A stretch of 64,000 nt of DNA from Minisyncoccia bacterium (GTDB lineage Bacteria > Patescibacteriota > Minisyncoccia > Phycocordibacterales > UBA918), in the NCBI GenBank assembly GCA_046293175.1, contig JBKBPM010000001.1, positions 171,446-235,445 on the forward strand, read 5' to 3'. Numbering within the stretch: position 1 is the first letter of the stretch; each line of letters opens with the position of its first letter. The notes under the pieces are model-generated. The model searched no databases. It saw only the letters and a program-made list of their open reading frames with translations, and was not told where the DNA came from. Below, in pieces: positions 13,059 through 22,726 of the stretch. The translations under genes and the position numbers were made by a program.

Positions 13059-13478
13059 TTAACTTCCAGCGGGGAGGCTCTGACAAGCTACTCCGTCACC
13101 ATCTCGGTCCAGACCATGACGGTCTGGCATTTCGGCAGTTTTACAGGTGTCATAGACTTCCTGGGCTTCTGGCTGGGTTTTGAAGTTACTGCAGTTGTAG
13201 ACGTTTTCCTCACACGTAGCACCGTAGAGGGCTTTGCCGTTTTCGTCGCGCTGTATCATGGATTCTGAGAGTGATCCGGTTTCGACGAGCTTCCCGAGGT
13301 CAACATCGGTGTTGGCGGCTTCAAGACCCAGGGCAATGAGAAGGATAGCTCCGATACCAAGCATCCACATTCGCGTCTTTTCAAAGAAGAAGGCGATAAC
13401 CCCAACGAGGATGAGGAGACCAATAATGATAATGAGGCGAGACTTTTTGTTTTGTCGCCAGTCTGCAACGTCTTTCAT
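13059..13478 (-). CDS. Membrane protein with Excalibur Ca-binding domain
   Basis: Two TMs, then [13 protein letters not shown]...[15 protein letters not shown]. Confidence 0.85.
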   Translation of the reverse strand: MKDVADWRQNKKSRLIIIIGLLILVGVIAFFFEKTRMWMLGIGAILLIALGLEAANTDVDLGKLVETGSLSESMIQRDENGKALYGATCEENVYNCSNFKTQPEAQEVYDTCKTAEMPDRHGLDRDGDGVACQSLPAGS

Positions 13479-13540
13479 AAATATTGTTTAACTTTCAATA
13501 GCAGTAGTATACGCCTGACAGAGTCGATTGGTCTAGTCAT

Positions 13541-13572
13541 AAAAACCGGCATGACTTACATGTCATGCCGGT
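13541..13572 (-). terminator. Intrinsic terminator of the 13579-14115 gene
   Basis: accggcatgac-ttacat-gtcatgccggt with T-run on the minus strand. Confidence 0.65.
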
Positions 13573-13578
13573 AGGGGC

Positions 13579-14115
13579 TTAGAGCGATTGTGTAATCGCA
13601 CCAAGCTGGAGCGACAGCTCCCGAGCCCGACGTTGGTTGCCAGCCGCTTTGATGAAGGCCGCAAGGACCAAGGACAGACTGTCCTCGAGTTCACTAAGGG
13701 CGCTAAGCTTTCGCGCCTCACTCGGGCACCGCCCGAGGCGTGTTTCGAGCCCAGGAGGCATCTTCCAGGTGAAAGTGCCAATGTCCGACGCCGATACGGC
13801 TAGTACCGGCTTCTGAAACGGCACCTCCAGATCAACTTCGGTCGACGTCGGTACCCGGTGGGGAAGACGACCGACCGAACGCAGTCTCGGTGCCAGTCCA
13901 TCTGGCTGCCACCAAGGGGCTTTGCAGTTGAGATGGGTATGGACATTCGAACGATAACCGTCACCTTTGATCGGACTGTGACGAACGACGTCACGTACAT
14001 AGATGGTGCCAGAGGGGATAGTGCCACCGCAGAGGGCGCAAACGTAGTGCTGGCGCGCCCGCATGGTACGACCACTCCAGCTTTCGATGAGGTAGGTGGT
14101 GGTTTTCGTGGACAT
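13579..14115 (-). CDS. Hypothetical protein with putative zinc-binding motif
   Basis: Start at ATG 14115 with GAGGAG SD; RARQHYVCALCGGTIPSG...HTHLNC. Confidence 0.65.
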   Translation of the reverse strand: MSTKTTTYLIESWSGRTMRARQHYVCALCGGTIPSGTIYVRDVVRHSPIKGDGYRSNVHTHLNCKAPWWQPDGLAPRLRSVGRLPHRVPTSTEVDLEVPFQKPVLAVSASDIGTFTWKMPPGLETRLGRCPSEARKLSALSELEDSLSLVLAAFIKAAGNQRRARELSLQLGAITQSL

Positions 14116-14223
14116 TAGGATGCTCCTCGTTGATGAAAAGAACGGTACTGACGCTATTGTGGATGATATAGGCAAAGTTGTAAAAATGTCGACGAATTTC
14201 GACAAATATGCTAAAATAAGACC

Positions 14224-14952
14224 ATGAAAACAGATACCATTAGTGCTGCACTCCGTCGGCTTGATATGAGTGATGGCGAGCAAGCGATTTATCTATCATT
14301 ACTCCGCGAGGGTCGTGCGACCGCCAGACTGCTCGCCGACCGCACTGGTCTGACGAGACCTTCGGTGTATGACCAGCTGAAGAAGCTCATCGCTACCAAT
14401 CTCGTGGTGGAACTTGATGTCGATGGTAAGGCCTACTTTGTCGCCGGCGATATCAAACATCTCGATGCGCTCCTTGGCGACCGGATTGACCGCCTCGAAC
14501 AGAGTCGCCAGTTTCTCCTTGAGGCCTTGCCCGATATCGAAGCCGGACTGGATACGGTGACACCAAAGATACGCTTTTTTGAAGGTGAAGATGGCATGAA
14601 GCAACTCATGAAAGATATTATGTGGCACGATGGCGCCACCGTCGAAGCCGTCTGGAACGATACGGAGATCAAAAAGATTTATGACCGTGCTTTCTTGCGC
14701 TGGTGGAACGAACGTCGTGCTGCTCGCAAGATTAAAATTACGTGGCTTTGCCCAAAGGGTACAAAAAAGTCAGACGTCTTTGATTTCTACAATGCAGCAC
14801 TAGATAGTATTGAAGTAGCAACATGGGCTAAACAGCCGGCCATGACAAGACTCGCCTACGCAAATAAAGTGGCGTGTATCAGTTCCCAAAAAGAAGCCTT
14901 TGGATTTATAGTCGAAAGTGCAGAGTTCAAAAAACTCCAGTCGGTGTTCTAG
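14224..14952 (+). CDS. TrmB-family transcriptional regulator
   Basis: N-terminal wHTH (YLSLL...TGLTRPSVYDQLKKL..LV), PKIRFFEG linker typical of CPR TrmB proteins. Confidence 0.88.
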   Translation: MKTDTISAALRRLDMSDGEQAIYLSLLREGRATARLLADRTGLTRPSVYDQLKKLIATNLVVELDVDGKAYFVAGDIKHLDALLGDRIDRLEQSRQFLLEALPDIEAGLDTVTPKIRFFEGEDGMKQLMKDIMWHDGATVEAVWNDTEIKKIYDRAFLRWWNERRAARKIKITWLCPKGTKKSDVFDFYNAALDSIEVATWAKQPAMTRLAYANKVACISSQKEAFGFIVESAEFKKLQSVF

Positions 14953-15500
14953 TGGTGCTTTCGTAAGAGTGCGAGATAGAGGGTGATAAGAAAGGCGAAC
15001 GATACCGCTGAGATAAATGGAAAGGTGACAAAGCCGAACATATCGATGACCTTATCCGCGCAGCTAGCACTACCATCAACGAGGCAAGGCATAATGCCGT
15101 CACGAGTTTCAGCTGGCAACATCTGGTAGATGTACTGATAGGTGGCCACTGTCATGCCGGCAATTGATAGCGCCATACCGTAGAGCGGGAAGTGGACTGT
15201 GTCTCCTCGGCGATAGGCCATGATAGCCAAAAGTGCCTGCGGGTAAAGCGCAATCCGCTGGAGCCAGCAGAGTGAGCATGGCACAAAGAGGAATATCTCA
15301 GAGTAAAGGAGTGACAACACTACGCCACCCACCGACATTCCAATAATCAGGAGCCAGAGCCAATTAGCCTTCACCGCAGCGAGCCACGTCAGACGAAACC
15401 GGAGGGTATAGAGGAGTAGGAGGGTCGCGGCGAGTAGTCCGAGACTTCCAAGCGCTACAACAAGATTGATAACCGGTAATAAAGGTAATAGATTAAGCAT
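14949..15500 (-). CDS. dsbB: Disulfide bond formation protein B (DsbB/BdbC family)
   Basis: PCSLCWLQRIALYP, second Cys pair PC..ASC, FGFVTFP; start ATG 15500. Confidence 0.9.
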   Translation of the reverse strand: MLNLLPLLPVINLVVALGSLGLLAATLLLLYTLRFRLTWLAAVKANWLWLLIIGMSVGGVVLSLLYSEIFLFVPCSLCWLQRIALYPQALLAIMAYRRGDTVHFPLYGMALSIAGMTVATYQYIYQMLPAETRDGIMPCLVDGSASCADKVIDMFGFVTFPFISAVSFAFLITLYLALLRKHH

Positions 15501-15576
15501 ATGTGGGTAGTATATCATTTCTAGTAATAGTTCGAGTCCCTGCCCGGTAATAAAATAAGTTTGGTATACTGTCCCT

Positions 15577-16068
15577 ATGCAAAAAACAGCACTACTAGCC
15601 GGCGGATGTTTCTGGGGACTCGAAGACCTTATCCGTACCCTCCCCGGCGTACTCGACACCGAAGTTGGGTATACCGGAGGGAAGAACGAAAATCCAACGT
15701 ACGAGTTTCATCCCGGACATGCGGAGGCGGTATTGATTACCTACGATGACGATATACTTTCGTACCGACAAGTACTCGATTTCTTTTTTCAGATTCATAA
15801 CCCCACGACCCTCAATCAGCAGGGGAATGACAAAGGGACATCATACCGGTCGGCGATATTTTATGCTGATGAGACCGAACTGGCGGACGCTAAGTTCATG
15901 ATTGATGTCGTAAACGAATCAGGACGCTGGCCTGATCCGGTGGTAACTACCCTTGAACCACGTGGTGTCTTTTGGCCGGCGGAGGACTACCACCAGGACT
16001 ATCTCGAAAAGAACCCCGGTGGCTATACCTGCCACGCTATCTATTTTGAGAGTTATCTTTCGACATAA
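15577..16068 (+). CDS. msrA: Peptide-methionine (S)-S-oxide reductase
   Basis: [35 protein letters not shown]. Confidence 0.97.
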   Translation: MQKTALLAGGCFWGLEDLIRTLPGVLDTEVGYTGGKNENPTYEFHPGHAEAVLITYDDDILSYRQVLDFFFQIHNPTTLNQQGNDKGTSYRSAIFYADETELADAKFMIDVVNESGRWPDPVVTTLEPRGVFWPAEDYHQDYLEKNPGGYTCHAIYFESYLST

Positions 16069-16133
16069 ATACTGAACTAAAATACACAAAGCACTCCAAT
16101 TGGATTGGGGCGCCTTGTGTATTGCTGGTAGGT

Positions 16134-16676
16134 TTACTTGGTTGTCCAGTACGTGTGCTCCCTAAGAAGGACACTAATCTGCTTGAACAGATCCATGATG
16201 GTAGTCATAATCTGGTTCTTACGGTCGGTGGCACTAAATTCGACCACCTCACCTTCAACTTTTTTGTCAGCGATTTTCTTCACCACGTCTTTCGCAAGAT
16301 CACTCTTCAGGTCTAGTGTCTGACTCACCCAGTACTGACCTACGTTATTACGAGTGACAACATACATAGCAGATTTACCATTACCAACCGGTCCACTGTT
16401 ACAGAGATAGCCCCAGGTCTCATCTTTTTGGTGGTAGAGGAAAGCCTCCTTCTCGACGTAGCCCTGGAGTGCATCAGTGACGGTTACTACCTCAGCTGTG
16501 TAGTCTTTTTCGGTGATAGTCTTTTGTACGGTCGCAGTAATGATCATCAAATCATCTGAACCGATAGTCGTATCGAGGTACTGTCCGGTTTCAACACATG
16601 AGAGAGCATGTGATGGTGTCGGGAGTGCGCCGATCAATACTACGAAGAGCGGGATTAAAAATAAAGATGATTTCAT
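16134..16676 (-). CDS. Secreted hypothetical protein (possible TIMP/NTR-like fold)
   Basis: Signal peptide ending SHA-LSC; second Cys in WGYLC; fold is inferred. Confidence 0.7.
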   Translation of the reverse strand: MKSSLFLIPLFVVLIGALPTPSHALSCVETGQYLDTTIGSDDLMIITATVQKTITEKDYTAEVVTVTDALQGYVEKEAFLYHQKDETWGYLCNSGPVGNGKSAMYVVTRNNVGQYWVSQTLDLKSDLAKDVVKKIADKKVEGEVVEFSATDRKNQIMTTIMDLFKQISVLLREHTYWTTK

Positions 16677-16833
16677 ATAAATAGATTTGATTCGCGATTT
16701 GGTAAAGCAGACGCGAGTTACCGTCTACGTAGTATCATACGATGTGTTTTGATATAGGTAACAAAATCCAGTAAGGATTTTGTTGCGTAGACCTATATAC
16801 TGATACATAATAACGACAGGAAAGGAGGCCTAC

Positions 16834-17130
16834 ATGCGGTTACTTGCTACGGTCTTGTTCGCCAGTTCGATAGTGTCAGTGTCCGCTGAGACACTTATCG
16901 CTCCGCTTGGTGGTAAGTTTGTATCTTCTGGCGGTTACTATGTCTCATCTATGAAAGGTGAACGGTTCTTTGAAGAACACTACGTTGAGGAATCAGACCA
17001 GACGTACTTTTGGTATCTGATTTACCGTTATGAAGACGGCGTGATGCGTCTTTTGAAGGTGACTCGTCGGGTGAAGGGTTCTGAAGTGGGCGAGGTTCTC
17101 TTTGTGGTGCCGGGATATGAAGCACTTTAA
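16834..17130 (+). CDS. Small secreted hypothetical protein
   Basis: Strong AAGGAGG SD; signal peptide ..VSA. Confidence 0.65.
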   Translation: MRLLATVLFASSIVSVSAETLIAPLGGKFVSSGGYYVSSMKGERFFEEHYVEESDQTYFWYLIYRYEDGVMRLLKVTRRVKGSEVGEVLFVVPGYEAL

Positions 17131-17172
17131 GAGAGGGGCTGACGTTTGCAAACGTTGGCCCTTTCTTAATAA

Positions 17173-18063
17173 TTAATCTTGTACCGTGATTGTCATGCCA
17201 ACCTCCGCCCACTCATAGAGTTCGCGGGCTTCACTCGGCTTTACATTCACACAGCCATTACTGTAAGGGCTACCAAAACCATTGTGCCAGTACGCACCGT
17301 GCACTACCGCCCCTTGTTCGGTGAAGTAGAGATTCCACGGGACGCCAGGGAGGTCGTAGTAATTGGTTGAGATACCGGGAATTGGTCCTTGCATGTAGCG
17401 AGACGGAGTTTTGCGAAAAATAGTGAAGGTACCACGCGGGGTGGGGGTGACGGTGCGACCGGTTGATACCCTATAAGTACGGACAAGCTCGTTACCGAGA
17501 TAGGCGTAGAGCACCTGGTCGCTACGGTCGACAAGGAGGCGTTTTGTCGTGGTCGGTGTTTCTGCTGTAAGATCATGGGGACCGTCGGTCTTCACCAGTG
17601 TTCCAGCTCCTTCGGGTATGTACCACGGGAGGGTGAGACGCTCTGGGTAGCGGAGGGTTTCCGGAAAGTCTATTTGGTACCAGCGGGTGCCATCGGCGGC
17701 GGTGACGGTATCTTTGACATACAGGACGGCACCAATACGGAGTTTAGTTCGTTCGGTACTACTCGCGGAAGGGGACGCGTAGGCTCGCACACAGCTTTCC
17801 CCTAGACTGATACTACAACCCGTGGTTATTTCAACGTAGGTGAGTGGTTTTGCTGGTTGATCTTGAAGTGGACCAGTTGGCACTGTTACTCGTGGGAGAC
17901 TTAGTCTCGTGCTCGTAGCTTTAGCTGTAGTAGCAACCACTGTCTCTGGTAGTGGGGTGAGGTGATAGTCGGTCTTAATTTGGCCGTGGAGGATTTGCCA
18001 GAGAAAAAACACACTTATAAGGAGTAGTGGGAATCCCAACAGTGCCAAAGCTGGCCGATTCAT
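17173..18063 (-). CDS. L,D-transpeptidase family protein
   Basis: VSTG..TPTPRG, AVVHGAYWH...SNGCVN; N-terminal TM. Confidence 0.92.
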   Translation of the reverse strand: MNRPALALLGFPLLLISVFFLWQILHGQIKTDYHLTPLPETVVATTAKATSTRLSLPRVTVPTGPLQDQPAKPLTYVEITTGCSISLGESCVRAYASPSASSTERTKLRIGAVLYVKDTVTAADGTRWYQIDFPETLRYPERLTLPWYIPEGAGTLVKTDGPHDLTAETPTTTKRLLVDRSDQVLYAYLGNELVRTYRVSTGRTVTPTPRGTFTIFRKTPSRYMQGPIPGISTNYYDLPGVPWNLYFTEQGAVVHGAYWHNGFGSPYSNGCVNVKPSEARELYEWAEVGMTITVQD

Positions 18064-18138
18064 GGTTTAAGCATACGGCTTTTTCAAGCGAGTAGCAAAT
18101 CATTGCAGGTGCGTTAGCTTTGTGATAGAAAAGCACCT

Positions 18139-18627
18139 ATGGAAGCGATATTACAACTGATTGATCCAGTGACCCTTAATTTTGTAGTCGATTTGATGAT
18201 TGCTGTAGCGCTTGGTTTTTTAATTGGGGCTGAACGGGAACTCCGTAACAAAGATGCGGGGATTAGTACTCACACCTTTGTGATATCGGGAGCGATGCTG
18301 TTTACCTTTATGTCGGCAACGGTTGATCCAGCGTCACAGTCGCGAATTGCCGCCCAGATTGTGACAGGAATTGGCTTTTTAGGAGCCGGACTTATCTTAA
18401 AAGATGGAGCGAGTGTCAAAAATCTTACAACAGCCGCCAGTATTTGGTTTGCTGGTGCCATCGGTATGGCCATTGGTTTTGGCTACCATCAGATAGCGAT
18501 TATCGCTGCGATTGCCTCAGTGCTCATACCCCGTATTCCGCACGTACGACCAAAGCAGGTGTATGTTCGGAGTGTTACTACTCGCGAGGATGATGTTCCT
18601 GTTGGTGGAATACCTACCGACGATTAA
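18139..18627 (+). CDS. MgtC/SapB family membrane protein
   Basis: IGAERE..AGISTH, RIAAQIVTGIGFLGAG, LTTAASIW. Confidence 0.93.
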   Translation: MEAILQLIDPVTLNFVVDLMIAVALGFLIGAERELRNKDAGISTHTFVISGAMLFTFMSATVDPASQSRIAAQIVTGIGFLGAGLILKDGASVKNLTTAASIWFAGAIGMAIGFGYHQIAIIAAIASVLIPRIPHVRPKQVYVRSVTTREDDVPVGGIPTDD

Positions 18628-18709
18628 GCACATAGCCGATATTGTGGCAACCGATTTCTGGTATAATTAAAGTGTAGGACGTTATTCGTTTAAGTATGAA
18701 GAACGTAGT

Positions 18710-19294
18710 ATGAACAAATATGTTGGTGAAGCGGTTGGTACTGGTGTACTGACCATGGTTGTAGCATTAGCACTAGCTGGTACCTTCGCAGTGCCAGTAG
18801 CAGTTTTAGCGGCCCTCACATTAGGGCTTTTTGTTTACTCGCTGGGGCATCTTTCGGGGACACACATTAATCCAGCCGTCACCATTGGTGCTTGGTCAAT
18901 TGGTAAAGTTTCAACTGATGACGCTATTAAGTATGTGATTGCGCAGTTTATTGGAGCGGGTGCGGCCTTATTACTAGTGAGTTCACTCATTACTGCAGCA
19001 ACGCTATCAGTAAAAGCGGATCTCGCAACTGGTATCGCCGAAATGATTGGTACCGCCATATTCACCTTTGGTATTGCTTCGGTTGTTTATGGTAAAACAC
19101 CAGCCGTGATGTCTGGGATGGTGGTTGGTGGTTCACTATTGCTCGGGATTGCGGTGGCGTCTCTGGCCGGAAGTAACGGTGTTCTGAATCCAGCTGTGGC
19201 ACTTGGTATTGGATCATTTAACGTCATGTATGTAGTAGGACCAGTACTTGGCAGTGTATTAGGGATGCAGATCTACAAGCGATTGGCCGTATAA
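18710..19294 (+). CDS. MIP family channel (aquaporin)
   Basis: SGTHINPAVT and second LNPAV motif. Confidence 0.93.
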   Translation: MNKYVGEAVGTGVLTMVVALALAGTFAVPVAVLAALTLGLFVYSLGHLSGTHINPAVTIGAWSIGKVSTDDAIKYVIAQFIGAGAALLLVSSLITAATLSVKADLATGIAEMIGTAIFTFGIASVVYGKTPAVMSGMVVGGSLLLGIAVASLAGSNGVLNPAVALGIGSFNVMYVVGPVLGSVLGMQIYKRLAV

Positions 19295-19302
19295 CGTATA
19301 AC

Positions 19303-19403
19303 GTGCCAAAAATCCCTCAGACTTTGTTGCGTTTCGGTCGGAAACGTTCATCGTATTTATAAGAACAGTCCAATGGACACGTTGTCTATTGGGCTGTTCT
19401 TAT
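19303..19403. repeat. Left half of structured element (copy F) fused to an unrelated 46-bp palindrome
   Basis: gactttgttgcgtt...acgttcatcgtat matches the left halves of copies D and E; then tataagaacagtccaatggaca-cgt-tgtctattgggctgttcttata. Confidence 0.6.
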
Positions 19404-19452
19404 ACTGCTACTAGGAGTTTTCTTGATTCTTCGGTATACTCGAAAGACATTT

Positions 19453-20076
19453 ATGGCTGAAGCAATATTGTCGTTTATTACCGCTAACGGGTATCTGGGC
19501 GTGTTTGTCCTCATGGTGGCCGAAAACTTATTTCCACCGATTCCGTCGGAGGTGATTTTGCCGTTTATCGGGCATTTGGCTGCTACTGGTGAATTATCAC
19601 TTGTCCCAGCGCTAGCGGTCGCGACTTTAGGTGCGTTATTTGGTACTACCTTGTGGTTCTTGGTTGGGTGGATGGTCTCAGTACCAGTTTTAGAGCAATT
19701 CTTCAAACGCTTTGGCGGGTACGTCGCCATTGATGTGAAAGATTTTCGCAAAGCGACTAAGTGGTTTACGAAATACGAACTCCCAGCAGTTTTTTTTGGT
19801 CGTATGGTCCCCGCCGTACGTTCGATCATTTCTATCCCAGCCGGTTGTGTCCAGATGCGACCGAGTGTCTTCCTACTCCTTTCATTCTTGGGGGCACTGA
19901 TTTGGAACACCGTATTAATTGGTCTTGGTTTCGTCTTCCTTGATGATTACGGAGTAGTGGCTGCCTACATGAATCCAATTGCTGACACTATCATCTACCT
20001 CTTCATTGGTATTTATATTCTTCAGGTATGTCGCTTTGTGTGGCGACGGGTACGACATGGTGACCTTATCGACTAA
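19453..20076 (+). CDS. DedA family membrane protein
   Basis: ENLFPPIPSEVILP, FFGRMVPAVRSIISIPAG. Confidence 0.93.
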   Translation: MAEAILSFITANGYLGVFVLMVAENLFPPIPSEVILPFIGHLAATGELSLVPALAVATLGALFGTTLWFLVGWMVSVPVLEQFFKRFGGYVAIDVKDFRKATKWFTKYELPAVFFGRMVPAVRSIISIPAGCVQMRPSVFLLLSFLGALIWNTVLIGLGFVFLDDYGVVAAYMNPIADTIIYLFIGIYILQVCRFVWRRVRHGDLID

Positions 20077-21358
20077 AGACCAATACAACACTATCATCAT
20101 CGGCGGCGGCCCGGCTGGCCTTATTGCAGCTATTACTGCAGCACGAGAGGGGGCAAAGGTGCTCTTGCTCGAAAAGAATAATCAGCTCGGTAAAAAACTC
20201 CGTAGCACTGGCGGCGGCCGTTGTAACATCACGAACAATACCGAAAACGTTCGCACTCTTTTGTCTCGCTATGGTGAAGCTGGAAAATTTCTTTTTTCTC
20301 CGTTTGCCCAGTTTGGGGTGAAAGAAACCCGACAGTGGTTCTTGGACATCGGTGTTGAGACCGTAGTTGAGACCGAAGCTCGGGTCTTCCCGGTGAGTCA
20401 AAGTGCCGAAGCGGTAACCGAAGCGCTGATAGTGGAGGCTAAAGCTGTAGGTGTCATCATTAAAACCAAAAGCATTGTTACGGCAATAAAACCACAGAAG
20501 GAGGGTTTTGTGGTGCAATTAGGTGCCAAATATAGGTATGCAGCAGGAATGGTAATCGTGGCAACTGGCGGACTCTCACGCCCGGAGACTGGCTCAACCG
20601 GGGATGCTCTCCTGTGGCTACAGAATCTCGGGCACACTATTGAAACACCCAAAGTCGCTTTGGTGCCAGTGGCAGTTAAGGAAACAAATATCACCAAGCG
20701 ACTTAGTGGCGTCGCTTTAGCGAATGCTGGAATTAGTCTGCGACAAGCCGGTATCGTATTTGAAAAAGCAAAAGGCAAAGTCCTTTTCACGCATGTAGGG
20801 CTCAGTGGCCCCGGTATTTTGAATCTAAGTCAGCGAATTGGTCAGGGGTTAGAAACCGGGTCGGTTGAGATACTTCTTGATCTCACACCCAGTATGGCCA
20901 TCGACGTGCTAGAGGAGACGCTCCTTAGGCGTTTTATTACCTCGCCAAACAAACATGTCCAAAACCAGTGGTTCGATATAATTCCTGGTGCACTCGTTGT
21001 TCCATTATTGGAACAGGCGGCGGTAGACCCTCATACACCAAGCCATAGTGTGACTGTAGCTATGCGGCGAAAGTTAATCGCTGCTGCAAAAAACTTCCTC
21101 CTCACCGCGGCACACCTCTTGGGGAGTGATAAAGCAATAGTGACCTCGGGGGGTGTTGCGCTCACTGAAATTGATTTCAAGACGATGGAATCTCGGCTGG
21201 TGCCGGGGCTCTATATAGTTGGGGATGTACTTAACATCAATCGACCGTCAGGTGGCTACAGCCTCCAGCTCGCTTGGACTACTGGGTATGTCGCGGGTAT
21301 GCAGGCTGCTCATCACGCGAGGGTACAAGAGGGTCGCAATCACTATCGTCAAAAATAA
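20057..21358 (+). CDS. HI0933/BaiN-family flavoprotein
   Basis: IIGGGPAG, GKKLRSTGGGRCNITN, LFTHVGLSGP, GGYSLQLAWTTG; start ATG 20057. Confidence 0.93.
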   Translation: MVTLSTKDQYNTIIIGGGPAGLIAAITAAREGAKVLLLEKNNQLGKKLRSTGGGRCNITNNTENVRTLLSRYGEAGKFLFSPFAQFGVKETRQWFLDIGVETVVETEARVFPVSQSAEAVTEALIVEAKAVGVIIKTKSIVTAIKPQKEGFVVQLGAKYRYAAGMVIVATGGLSRPETGSTGDALLWLQNLGHTIETPKVALVPVAVKETNITKRLSGVALANAGISLRQAGIVFEKAKGKVLFTHVGLSGPGILNLSQRIGQGLETGSVEILLDLTPSMAIDVLEETLLRRFITSPNKHVQNQWFDIIPGALVVPLLEQAAVDPHTPSHSVTVAMRRKLIAAAKNFLLTAAHLLGSDKAIVTSGGVALTEIDFKTMESRLVPGLYIVGDVLNINRPSGGYSLQLAWTTGYVAGMQAAHHARVQEGRNHYRQK

Positions 21359-21670
21359 TCCCGCCAGGAATACCGCACCGGCGGCCATGTCTTTGCTTCG
21401 GCCGATATTGTCGTGAGTTTCGGGATGGAGGTGGTCAAGTGCGTATTCAAGCGCGGAGTTTTGGAGTTCAGTTATCAAAATGAGGAAGTAGGCGAGTACT
21501 AAAAATAATAGTTCTGTAGCAGAAATTGGAGTAAGCATGATAATCGCAAAAGCGATGACGCTACCAACTCCATACCACTGCAAGCGAAAGTTTTTGTCGG
21601 TACGCAGGGCATAATGGATACCGCGGAGGGCAAAACCGAGTCGGCGACGCTGTTTTTCCACAAATTGCAT
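21248..21670 (-). CDS. dgkA: Diacylglycerol/undecaprenol kinase family
   Basis: FALRGI..NFR, TELQNSALE, SKDMAAGAV. Confidence 0.88.
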   Translation of the reverse strand: MQFVEKQRRRLGFALRGIHYALRTDKNFRLQWYGVGSVIAFAIIMLTPISATELLFLVLAYFLILITELQNSALEYALDHLHPETHDNIGRSKDMAAGAVFLAGLFLTIVIATLLYPRVMSSLHTRDIPSSPSELEAVAT

Positions 21671-21691
21671 ATGGTACTATAGTAGCATATG
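21668..21691. promoter_or_regulatory. Symmetric bidirectional extended -10 promoter between two divergent start codons
   Basis: CATatggtactatagtagcatATG: TGGTACTAT on + and TGCTACTAT on -, each 8 nt before an ATG. Confidence 0.65.
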
Positions 21692-21943
21692 AAAATCATT
21701 TTAGTGATTCAAAGCCTTATTATTCTCGCTTGTGCGTATTATATTTATACGCTCGCGTATCCCACAAAAGAGGTGGAAGAAGTAGTTGAGGTGGCACCAC
21801 TGCCAACAAGTACACCAGCTCTTGTCGAGGTAGAGGCAACTACTACGTTTGAAACAGAGGCAAATACACCAGTACCAAGTGCTGGGCCTAATGATGCCGG
21901 CATGGAATGGCCAGTTTTTGATGGTGAGCTTGAGGTGAGGTAG
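21689..21943 (+). CDS. Small membrane-anchored hypothetical protein
   Basis: N-terminal TM, acidic Pro/Thr-rich tail. Confidence 0.65.
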   Translation: MKIILVIQSLIILACAYYIYTLAYPTKEVEEVVEVAPLPTSTPALVEVEATTTFETEANTPVPSAGPNDAGMEWPVFDGELEVR

Positions 21944-21982
21944 TGTTTAATCTATTTTTCTTTCTCATTCTATACGGGACTT

Positions 21983-22726
21983 TTATTGATTTCTTGCTCC
22001 CCAATCTTTTTCGGCATAGATGGATACAGTTCGTCGTTTTCGTGCTCGTCCTTTGAGTACATGTTTGTGCGAACGGTAGATTTTGTGAATGATGAATTTT
22101 TCGCCGATGAACTCCCTGAGTACGTCTTCGGTATAGACGTATTCTGGCACACCAATGACCGGATGGATGTACGTGTTTGCTTCTTCGGCTGGAGCGTTTT
22201 TAAGGAGGCGTCGAGTGTGGAGGTCACCATCTGCGAGGAAGGTTTTCATAAAGAGGAATCCTCCCGGTTTAAGGACACGAAAAATTTCGTCACGTAGAAC
22301 GGTGCGTTCAGTGGCTGAAAGAAAGTGTGATGACATCATGTCAAGCACGAGTGACTGTGAGTTATCGGGTAGGGTAATTGGACCGGCAATTGAACGGGCT
22401 TCGTACTCTAGTGGTAGTCCGGTAGACGCGACTTTTGCTTGGGCAATGGCCGTAGTCGAGATGTCGTAACCAACTCCACTCATCCCAAATTGTCGCGCGA
22501 GAAAGATGAGATTACGTCCGTTGCCGCAACCAACATCAAGAGCAGACTCGCCGGGAGCCAGGACATCCTCACGCTCCATCCTGGGGATGAAGCGAGTGAA
22601 CTTCTCGAGGTCTTCACTGTGATCAGTTGAAAGCTTGAGGTGATTCGCATTCTTATACTCATTATCCCAAAAAGACGCGCCGTGTTGTTTGCGCTTTTGT
22701 TTGCGAATGAAGGGTCGTTTTGCCAT
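21983..22726 (-). CDS. Class I SAM-dependent methyltransferase
   Basis: LDVGCGNGRN, GYDIS, RVLKPGG. Confidence 0.9.
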   Translation of the reverse strand: MAKRPFIRKQKRKQHGASFWDNEYKNANHLKLSTDHSEDLEKFTRFIPRMEREDVLAPGESALDVGCGNGRNLIFLARQFGMSGVGYDISTTAIAQAKVASTGLPLEYEARSIAGPITLPDNSQSLVLDMMSSHFLSATERTVLRDEIFRVLKPGGFLFMKTFLADGDLHTRRLLKNAPAEEANTYIHPVIGVPEYVYTEDVLREFIGEKFIIHKIYRSHKHVLKGRARKRRTVSIYAEKDWGARNQ

